DNA of 63,584 bases, counting the filler, from Olpidium bornovanus S191 (taxonomy: Eukaryota > Fungi > Olpidiomycota): the NCBI GenBank assembly GCA_017911155.1. It is 30 parts of 30 records of this genome, joined end to end, with 100 filler letters (N's around TTAATTAATTAA, not from the genome) between each part and the next. Parts side by side here need not be neighbours in the genome. Positions count along the whole stretch, not along the records: positions 1 to 1,061 come from JAEFCI010009748.1; positions 1,162 to 4,379 come from JAEFCI010009958.1; positions 4,480 to 5,495 come from JAEFCI010012950.1; positions 5,596 to 7,274 come from JAEFCI010007170.1; positions 7,375 to 9,490 come from JAEFCI010004219.1; 25 more parts are not named here. The stretch is one strand, 5' to 3'. Positions 1 to 8,991 of this stretch are shown piece after piece. The notes beneath the pieces are model-generated. The model searched no databases, was not told the origin of the DNA, and saw only the letters and a program-made list of their open reading frames with translations. The translations under genes and the position numbers were made by a program. How positions within the stretch are numbered: the first letter of the stretch is position 1; every line of letters begins with the position of its first letter.

Positions 1-327
1 CATGCCACGTGACCGTAACCCTCACCCCACGTGACCCTAACCGCCAGTTATTTCCTCGCCTATCACAGTCTGTATTGACTTACACCTTTTAAAAGAACGC
101 AAACCGCGTCGGATACGCCACACAAAACCAAATTCTCCGCCGTCGTCGGGCCTCCGCCCGCATTGTTCGTTCCCTCGCCGGCCCTCTCCCGCTGGTTGTC
201 CCTCTCGCAAAGCGGGAAACGCGCGCGCGGATTGCGAGGTGAAGGCGTGCCTGGCATTTTCTTGGTGTCAACGTGCGCCCCGCCCTGCAGAGCAGGACAA
301 ATAGGGCCGGTTGCAAACCCACCGGCG

Positions 328-1061
328 ATGCCGCCAATAGATATCGAGTGCCTGGTCAACTTGAGAAGGAAGAGGGTGGTTCTCGCCTCCGGGTCTCCGC
401 GGCGGAAGGAAATCCTCGAAAACATTGTACGCGAAAGACTTTCCCGGGCATCTCGCACTCCTCGGAACACTTTGAGCCAAGACTTCCTTCCCGTTTCGTA
501 GGGCCTTAGTTTCGAGGTAGTCCCAAGCTTGTTTCCCGAGACTCTCGACAAGGCGGCCTTCAACCATCCGCGGGACTACGTGGCCGAGACCGCCCGGCAA
601 AAGGGCTTGGAGGTGTACGGCCGGTTGGCGGAGCAGGTAAGCCGTTCCTGGACGGAGATCGGAGGGTGGTCTCTCAAGATTATTTGGTGCAGCAGGTAGG
701 CTTCCCCCCCCTTATCTTCGATTTTTCTGGTTTTTTTTTTCTTTCGTCTTCCATCCATGTTTTCCTGCCTTTGCCGCGACGCCCGCCAGTCGGCGACAGG
801 GAAGCTGCCCGACTTGGTTGTTAGCGCCGACACCGCCGTCGTCGTCGACGGCCAAATCCTGGAGAAGCCGAGATCCAAAGCCGACGCGGCTGCGATGCTG
901 CGTTTGCTCGCCGGCCGTTCGCACGAGGTATGTACGGCCGTGGCGCTGATCACACCCGAGAACGTGACGTCGGTCGATGTGCCCGTCGAAACGACGGAAG
1001 TGGAATTTGGTGAGATGTCGGATGATATGATCAATGCGTACATCGCTACCGGCGAGCCATG
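328..1061 (+). CDS. Maf/ASMTL-like nucleoside triphosphate pyrophosphatase, 3 exons, 3'-truncated
   Basis: Exons ~328-426, 502-636 and 790-1061 with GT-AG ends translate to VVLASGSPRRKEIL / GLSFEVVPSLFPETLDK...YVAETARQKG / LVVSADTAVVVDGQILEKP...MLRLLAGRSHEVCTAV. These are the Maf signature motifs. Confidence 0.92.
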
Positions 1062-1161
1062 NNNNNNNNNNNNNNNNNNNNNNNNNNNNNNNNNNNNNNN
1101 NNNNNTTAATTAATTAANNNNNNNNNNNNNNNNNNNNNNNNNNNNNNNNNNNNNNNNNNNN
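1062..1161. other. Artificial contig linker (first of 29): 44 N + TTAATTAATTAA + 44 N
   Basis: An identical 100-nt spacer recurs throughout (e.g. 4380-4479, 5496-5595, 7275-7374, 9491-9590 ... 60361-60460, 62396-62495). TTAATTAATTAA places stops in all six frames. Confidence 0.99.
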
Positions 1162-1302
1162 AACATAATCATCAAGTTACACCGCGTCCCTTCAGCGAAG
1201 AATACGGCAAATGGCCTAACCAAGGCACTTCCCTGTCCACGCTTGGAAGAGATTCGGACGGAACTTGAGATGGTGGACATGATGGCAGAGCTATGCCGTT
1301 AG
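1162..1302 (+). mobile_element. Ty1/copia RNase H C-terminal remnant
   Basis: IKLHRVPSAKNTANGLTKALPCPRLEEIRTEL matches the copia pattern I.L.YVPS..N.AD.LTK.L....F..LR. Confidence 0.75.
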
Positions 1303-1429
1303 AAATCTTTTCTCCTTTCTTTTTTTTTCTTCTTCTCCTTTGTTAGTTTGTCTCAAGTGCTACCCCTTGTGTTCATTCTCCAAACCTTTCCAATGTTCAC
1401 ACTCGATCCAAGATGGTGCGTCAAAGTAT

Positions 1430-2295
1430 CACATAGAGGTTATGCGTAGCAACGAGGTAGACCATTGGCAACCGGCCATGGAACCGGAAATCGACTCGCT
1501 TCACTCCTCCCAGCGCGAAACATCGTCCCGAGACCGCATGACAGACAAGTACTTTGAGGCCAATGGGTGTTCAAGCGCAAACTCAACCCCAATAAAACGA
1601 TCAATAAGGACCGATTGAGCTTTATCATGTAGGGATTCAGCAAAGCAAAGGAAATCGACTATCGCGAAACGTTCTCACCTGTGGTACTGGCAATGGTATT
1701 GCGCACTATGGTCGTGGTAGCAACGAGACTCTCATGAGCACTATGCCAGCGTGACGTCATCTTCGCATACCTACATGGCAAATTAGATAACGAATTATCC
1801 TTGGAACAACCCAAAGGCTTTGGGATCAACCTAACCCGCCCATGTGTGCCGACTGCGTCAATCGCTGGATTGAAGCAGAGCGGATGTGTCTGGAACCATT
1901 GCATCCATCAGGAGAAATTAGATAACAAATAATCCTTGGAACAACCCAAAGGCTTTGGGATCAACCTTACCCGCCCATGTGTGCCGACTGCGTCAATCGC
2001 TGGATTGAAGCAGAGCGGATGTGTCTGGAACCGTTGCATGCATCAGGAGAAATTAGATAACGAATTATCCTTGGAACAACCCAAAGGCTTTGGGATCAAC
2101 CTAACCCGCCCATGTGTGCTGACTGCGTCAATCGCTGGATTGAAGCAGAGCGGATGTGTCTGGAACCATTGCATCCATCAGGAGCTACTTTGCCTCGGCC
2201 TCACGCAACTCCCACATAAACCTTTCGTCTACGTCCTCCCAGAAGAACCATTATGCGCACGATGAATCATCCCGGTTTATGTTGACGATATCTGA
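1430..2295 (+). pseudogene. Degenerate Ty1/copia reverse transcriptase
   Basis: Motifs EVMRS...WQPAMEPEIDSL, KRK.NP, IDYRETFSPV, DVIFAYLHGKLD.E...EQPKGF, GLKQSG..WN and YVDD (2278-2289), with several in-frame stops. Confidence 0.88.
1780..2184 (+). repeat. 3 x 135-bp tandem repeat inside the copia RT
   Basis: Units start at 1780, 1915 and 2050 (AAATTAGATAAC...CATCAGGAG) and differ by a few substitutions. Confidence 0.95.
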
Positions 2296-3088
2296 CAGCT
2301 TGCAATATGTATAAATAGATTAGTGGCATTTAACATTTAGCATTAACAATAAATAGGTCGAGAGAAAGGGCGTAAAACAACCCTTGCTTCGACCCTCTGT
2401 CAAAACCAGCCACTGTGCAGTCTGGGTAAGGGATTTGACTCTCTTCTGTCTTGTGTACTAGTGCGCGCCCCGCCGCCGTACTGCCCGCCTGTCACGTAAC
2501 CTACCGTTCATCACAAGAACATATTAACTGCTCTATTCTAGTGGGCAACTCTCCTGGCTACTGGACCTGGGGGAAGTGGGAAATCTTGTTTCATAGGCGC
2601 AGTTCGCGCACTCTACGGTGGACATATGGCCAGTGATCATAAACCGTACTATTGAATGTTGACGAGAATCTTCTATCCCCTGGTGAAGGCAATCCTTGCC
2701 GTGGGTCACAATAGGTATGGCAAAGCGGGACGATGCTGCGCCATTCCGTCGTCAAGCGCGGGCGTGCGGGCGCGCCACCCCGCCTCCCGCCCAGCGCGCC
2801 CCTTTTCGTTTGTCTTCTCCTTCTTCGCCAAGCGAGCGCGCCGCCGCCGCGACAACTTTTTGACTCTCTAGCGCGCGAAAAAAAAAAAAAAAAAAATAAA
2901 AATAAAAAAGTTTGAGAGGAAAAAGGAAGAAAAGAAAAATAAAGTAAAACGTTGAGAGGAAACGAAAAAAAAAAAATCCCGACCGCACTTTCCCCACCCG
3001 CCCCCCCATTTTTCTCTTCCTTCTCCGCTTCCGTTTTTTTCGCTGCCTTTTTCCTCTCAACAATAAAAGAAAATATCAGAGCGCGGAA

Positions 3089-4379
3089 ATGCCGTCGCTG
3101 CCGCCGCCGCCCCCGCAGGACGGGAAACGCGGCTGCCTCGCCGGCGCGCAGTTGCTCGCGCTGAAGGAGCTGTGGGCGCTGCTGTTCGCCGTGTTCGACG
3201 GCACGCTCGACCAGTTCACGCTGCGGCCGCCCGCCGCTCCCGCCGCAGGGGCGTTCGCCTCGCCGGCGGGGAGTTCGGCGGAGGGCACCGGGCAGTCCCC
3301 GCAGTCCGCGAGGAAGCCTAAGACGACGGCGAGGCGGCTCGGAAAGCTAGTGGTGGGTTTTTTTTTTTTTTTTTTTGCTTTTCCCGGCTTCCGCGCTTCG
3401 CCCCAGCGTCCGCCTGCCTCATGACCCTCCCCGTCGCCCCCCTCTTCCGGCCACACTCCGCCGCACCCCCTCCACCTCCCGCCATTACCTCCTCCTCCTC
3501 CTCCTCCCCGCTGTCCCCCACGCGTGCAAAGTCGCAGAGAAGCAGCGCCAGCGGTTCCTTGACGCGTTCGCCGCCAAACGCCCCCCCCGCCGCGTGTTAC
3601 CTCCCAGAGATCCGCGGTCAAGCCCCGCGTTAACGGCGGCCTTTCCTCGTCGTCGAACGCACCGCCGCCGAGTGACGATGCCGGCGGCAGCAGCGGCTCG
3701 CTGGCGTGCGCCTCGGCGGCGGACCTCGTCCCGGAGCAGCTTCTCGACGCCCTGTTTCGCTTCGTGCAGAACGAGCACCCGGACTCGATTGTGCTGCGGT
3801 TCTTGCGCGCGCGCAAGTGGGACGTCGGCAAGGCGGCCCATATGATCCTGAACACGATCAGGTGGAGAGTCGGCGTCAACTGCGAGGAGATTATTGCGGC
3901 GGGCGAGGAGAGATTAGAACGGAAGACCTTCGAGAGCGGTAAGACGTATATACGCGGGATCGACTATTACGGCCGGCCTGTGGTGTGAGTCGCTCTGCGT
4001 CGCGCGGACCGCGTTTTTCCTTTTGGGTTCAACCTGTCTTCCGGCCTTTTTGGCGATCCCCGTCGAGCCAACGGTTTGCTCCGAACGCGTTGCGATTATT
4101 CGCATTACAGGTACATCCACGTCCGGAAGCATCAGGCGGGAGAACTGGCCCTGGAGGAGCTCCAGCGCTTCACAATATGGGTTATGGAGACGACGAGGCT
4201 GTTGGTGCCTCAGCCGGAGGGAACAGCAGCGATGGTATTCGACTTGACAGAGTACGTTTACGGTAGGACGCGGGCAGATTTGATACCGCACGAGACCGGA
4301 CTGTCCGCGCTTGCGTAAACGGGAGCGTTGAGGGATCAACCCGCCCTACGTGCTTCGCAGCTTTAGCTTGCCCAACATG
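3089..4379 (+). CDS. CRAL-TRIO/Sec14-family lipid transfer protein (Csr1/Sfh2-like), multi-exon, 3'-truncated
   Basis: EHPDSIVLRFLRARKWDVGKAAHMILNTIRWR (CRAL-TRIO N domain), GKTYIRGIDYYGRPVV / YIHVRKH...MVFDLT / FSLPNM, separated by GT-AG introns. Confidence 0.92.
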
Positions 4380-4667
4380 NNNNNNNNNNNNNNNNNNNNN
4401 NNNNNNNNNNNNNNNNNNNNNNNTTAATTAATTAANNNNNNNNNNNNNNNNNNNNNNNNNNNNNNNNNNNNNNNNNNNNCATGAAGCGCGTTTTTCTTTT
4501 CGTGCCTTTTTTTCGCGCGCGCGCGCGCGCTCGCGCGTCGGGAGAAGGAAGGTGGGGGGGCGGAAGGGCGGGAGAGGAACGGAAATGAAAAAAAAAAACG
4601 TGGCCGAAACACCCCAACCACCAACCGCCAACCACCACCACAACCGCGGGGGAGACGCGGGGGCGCG

Positions 4668-5410
4668 ATGGCGGCGCTTTTCTCCAACATCACGCGGACG
4701 AGCAACAGGAACCCGGACCCCTCCGGCTTCCTCGAGGTTTATGGCGGCATGCAGATCACTCTGGCGGTAAGCGGGACCCTTTTGCTTCCCTCCACCCCGC
4801 CTGAAAAACGCGCACACTGACGCACACCCCGCCGGTTTCCGTGTTATTCATTCTTGTTTGTCGACGTCGAACCCTCACACGGTTTCGAAACTCCCGCTTG
4901 CTCCCTCTCCGGGCCCCGGCCCACGTCCTTCCGCTCTTTTTTTGCATTTTTCTCTTTCCGTTGGGTTTTTTTTTCCTCGTGCGGGGGGTGTGACTTGTAC
5001 CTTCCCTTTTGGTGTTTCCCTCCCCCACCCACCCACACCCATGCCCGCCGGTCACCTCGCGTTTCTGGTCAGTATTTCAATGGCATCGTTCTTTTCGTGG
5101 GTGCCCTCTGCAACGCGCTGATATTGACCGTGTTGCTCAAACACAAGAGCATGCGCAAAGGCGAGTTGGGAAAAGTAACGACTGCCGGGACATTCCTCTC
5201 CCCCCCCACCCTGCACCCCCCTCTCTGCAAAACGCTGGCGGGCGGTGCGGGCCCGGAGACTAATCCGGGCAAAGCGGTCTTTTTTATATCTTTTCCGCAG
5301 TGCGATATTTTCTTGCAGCGAACTTGACCGTCGCCGATCTCGGTCTCTGCTTGGTGAACTTTCCCATATTTCTCCACAACGCGTCGCACAGGCATTACGC
5401 GGCAGGCCAG
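4668..5410 (+). CDS. Class A (rhodopsin-family, 7tm_1) opsin-like GPCR, N-terminus to ECL1, 3'-truncated
   Basis: Exons 4668-4766, 5073-5160 and 5301-5410 splice to MAALFSNITRTSNRNPDPSGFLEVYGGMQITLAYFNGIVLFVGALCNALILTVLLKHKSMRKVRYFLAANLTVADLGLCLVNFPIFLHNASHRHYAAGQ. This has an N-glycosylation sequon (NIT), TM1 GxxxN(1.50) and TM2 NLxxAD(2.50)L. Confidence 0.82.
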
Positions 5411-5439
5411 GTTCGACTCGGGAACGGGGACGCGGTTGT

Positions 5440-5480
<41 letters not shown>

Positions 5481-5595
5481 GGGGGTGGGGGGGGGNNNNN
5501 NNNNNNNNNNNNNNNNNNNNNNNNNNNNNNNNNNNNNNNTTAATTAATTAANNNNNNNNNNNNNNNNNNNNNNNNNNNNNNNNNNNNNNNNNNNN

Positions 5596-5635
<40 letters not shown>

Positions 5636-5865
5636 GTCGGAAGAAACTGCCCTTCCGCAATAGGCTTCTCGTCGCACGCGCTCAACGTCCCGGAATCGAA
5701 CGGGCCCGAGCCCAAAGCACAGCGCACGAAGCCTCCTTTCGGAAACGGCTACGCTGCGGTTACTCCAGTTTTCCCCGCCCTTGCTTCGGATCCGCACACG
5801 GCGGGTGGCACAAACGGGCTTGGTTGGCACAGCAGCGGCAGGGCTCCAAACGCCCGAAAGCCCAG

Positions 5866-7274
5866 ATGCATTTCTGCAGCGTGCTTGGCGTGAGCCGCGC
5901 GGGGCCCGATCCGACGGGTCGCGCGGAGCCGGCGCTCCGCGGCTTTCCCGCGGGAGCTTCGGCCGCGTCGCTGGTCACCGCGGGAGCGATCGGCGTGGTT
6001 TCAGCAGTATGCTTTCTGACGCCGGCTTGGATGCGGCAGCGGAGGGCCAAGCTCGAGCGCCTGATCGTCGCCGCGGAGGACCCCATAATAGCCGGCAATA
6101 CCAAGTTCGTGACGGTCCGAGGGAAGCGATATCGGGTGGTGTACGTGCCGCACGGCCTTTCAAACCAGGTGCCGCTGATTCTCTTCGTCCACGGAATAGG
6201 CTCGCAGGTACTTCCCGACGGCGCTGCTCTACCGGAGGAATCAGGGCCCTTTTTGTTTAAAATATGCACGTCAGCAGAAAAGAGTGATCTTGCCCTTTTA
6301 CCGTCATTGTGCTCTGGCGTGGTTTCCACCGCAAACGCTCTTTCGCCCGCCAGCTTTCATTTGTACTCGTCGACGGCCAACCGCTCCCGCTTAGACGCCG
6401 TCCTCGCCGTTCGCATCTGTTTAGATTGGGGTATGGGAGAACCAGATCAAGAAGTTTTCTATTAACGCCAACGTATTAGCCGTTGACCTCGTCGGACATG
6501 GTATGACGGAAGTCTCCAGAAGGTACGCTTGCGTGAGACAGCGAGATGCTTCGGCCACCCACGCCAACTCTTGGCTTGTGGCTCCGTGGAGAAGGGGGAA
6601 GTGGCGGAATACCCGGAAAATGGCCAAGACGAAAAAGAATAGCGCACGCGAATGAAAACGACAAATCGCTTTTCCTTCTGCCACAACCTTCTGTAGCAGA
6701 GGGGCTTATACGACGAAATCTTTGGTGGACGACCTGGCGGCGATTCTAAACCTGTTCCCGTCACAGTCGGTGATCGTGGTGGCGCACTCCTACGGCTGCG
6801 CGTTAGCGACGTTCCTGTGCGCCCAGTGCCGCCCGCGGATACAGGCGCTCGTTTTTATTGCGCCGACTGGGCGAGTAGACCGGGCGCTTTCTGCGCGGCT
6901 CCGAAGGCTGGCAACGGCGCCGGGATGTCTCCTGGAGCTCGGCCGTTGGATGGACCGGCGGGGGGGGGCGTACTCCGCGTCCGTGAACCGGTCGCTCGGA
7001 AAGGCTGCCGGCCGCGATCTGCGGGAGCGGATGCTGTTGTGGAACAGCGCCTCGCAAACGTGCGCCGTCGCGGACATTTTTGCGGGGATGACCATACCCG
7101 GTCCCGCGGACCTGGCCAAGGTCGACTGTCCCCTTCTTCTCATCGCTGGAGAGGAGGACGTCATCGCGCCTCCAGGGAAAAACCTTACGATCATCCGTGA
7201 AGCGCTTTCGCCGCCGAATGGCAAGCCGATCTCCGACCCTCTGATAATGCCCGGAGTGGGGCACACGCCCATGT
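5866..7274 (+). CDS. Alpha/beta hydrolase with N-terminal hydrophobic anchor, multi-exon, 3'-truncated (start codon uncertain)
   Basis: LILFVHGIGS (oxyanion loop), VLAVDLVGHG, nucleophile elbow AHSYG, LLLIAGEEDVI (acid) and GVGHTPM (His). Confidence 0.9.
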
Positions 7275-7756
7275 NNNNNNNNNNNNNNNNNNNNNNNNNN
7301 NNNNNNNNNNNNNNNNNNTTAATTAATTAANNNNNNNNNNNNNNNNNNNNNNNNNNNNNNNNNNNNNNNNNNNNCCAAATATACCTGTCAATAGCTGCTT
7401 GGGTTGCAGCGAGCGACTGTGCCGGGGGGAGCGGTACGCACCTAGCTAGGTACGATAATTGACTAACAACTAGGCACCGAACTAGGAGCACTTTTCCCTA
7501 AGGCGAGGTTGGATCGAGTGGAAGGCGAGGCAAGCAAGAGCTACCTCGCACTTTGCGGCAGTTCGGATCAACTGCTGGAGGGGTGAGGCATTCAGGGTAA
7601 GCGGGGCGCCTAGGTGACGGACAGTCGCATTTGGTGTCACAACGGTCATCCGACCCGGGTTAGAATCAGTTCCCGGGTTGAGGTTGATTGGAAGAATCAT
7701 GCCTTTGCTTATGTTAGCCTTGAAGTTGCTTGAAATCTTTCAAGCGTGCTACCAGT

Positions 7757-8199
7757 GGTGGGGATGCGCTGCGTAGCGAAAGTTAGACATAAAGGTAGTG
7801 CTGCCTGTCATCTCAACACCCGTTGTCTCGACACCGTACCTTAAATGCTTTTTCTCGAAGAACCCGTTGAAATGATCCTTGAAGGATTGGCTGATGACAA
7901 TCAACGCGCTCTCTTTAGTGCCGGTACCGACTTTATTCCAATGTGCTCTCTGTAGCACCTGTAATGACTTCGCTTTGATGCGTCCATCAAAGCGCCCGCC
8001 CCGGTGGACTGGACGGCTTCCCCGTGGGAGTATAAAAACCCCTTCGGGGAGTGCGCCCACAGGTGAATTTGCGCTTCGCCCTCGCCCAAACGCAACAACA
8101 AGAAAACAAACGCTTTCCCTTCCCGCTCCGCCCGTCGCTCCGTCCGTCGCTCCCCGCTCCTCCGCTTCCGGCTCCGCTTCCGCGGCTATGGACCTTACC
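7757..8199. mobile_element. Unclassified short insertion element, copy A (443 bp)
   Basis: Runs GGTGGGGATGCG...ATGGACCTTACC and is flanked by an exact ACCAGT duplication (7751-7756 and 8200-8205). Homologous to copy B. Confidence 0.8.
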
Positions 8200-8436
8200 A
8201 CCAGTGCCTTGAACTGGCGAGCACCGCAAAGGAGAAGTGTGCTGTCATCGAGGCACATTCTTAACCAGGTCTTGCTCCAATCTGGGCGGTCGAGCACGAG
8301 CCCTATGTCCTTGTTCAAGAACGCCTGCAGACATTGCAATAACAAACATAGCGCAGCTTAGGGCATCCCCTTGGCGGACCCCACGTTTGATTTGCACCCA
8401 CGCTTCTGCATCTTGCATCAATATCAGAGAGCGCCT

Positions 8437-8991
8437 GGTGGGGGATGCGCTGCGTAGCGAAGGTTAGACGTAGAGGTAGTGCTGCCTGTCGTCTCGACAC
8501 CGTACCTTAAACGCTTTCCCTCGAAGAGCCCGTTGAAGTGCTCTTCGACGGATTGGCTGGTGACAACCGATGCGCTCTCCGTAGCGCCCGTATCGCCCGT
8601 ACCGACTTTATACCCATGCGCTCCCTGTAGCGCTTGTAACGACTTCGCTTTGATGCGCCCATCAAAGCGCCCACCCCGGTGGGCTGGACGGCTTCCCCCC
8701 CCCGGGGAAGTGCGGCCACAGGCGAATTCGTGCTTCGCCCTCACCCGAACACAACAACAAACGCTTTCCGCCTCCGGCCGCTCATCGCGCCGCCCTCGGC
8801 CGCCCGCCGCGCCGCCTCCGGCCGCCCATCGCGCCGCCCTCGGCCGCCCGCCGCGCCGCCTCCGGCCACCCGCCGCGCCATCTCCGCCGCCTTCGGCCGT
8901 CCGCCGCGCCGCCTCCGGCCGCCCATCGCGCCGCCCTCGGCCGCCAGCCGCGCCGCCTCCGGCCTCCCGCCGCGCCACCATGGACCTTTCC
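8437..8991. mobile_element. Unclassified short insertion element, copy B (555 bp)
   Basis: Runs GGTGGGGATGCG...ATGGACCTTTCC, flanked by GCGCCT/ACGCCC (4 of 6 match). Removing the element plus one 6-mer restores the LINE frame LYAAGR-SLILMQ. Confidence 0.78.
8770..8975. repeat. GC-rich ~22-bp minisatellite inside insertion B
   Basis: Alternating GGCCGCCCATCGCGCCGCCCTC and GGCCGCCCGCCGCGCCGCCTCC units. Confidence 0.85.

Noticed and set aside
1106-1117. Recurrent TTAATTAATTAA palindrome flanked by Ns
   Set aside because: Artificial six-frame-stop linker used to concatenate contigs. ORFs ending in X...LIN are artefacts.
7749-8198. Insertion A as a spliceosomal intron (minus strand GTAAG...TAG)
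   Set aside because: Splicing at those sites gives an immediate stop (LVHA*), and copy B starts GGAAAG with no GT.
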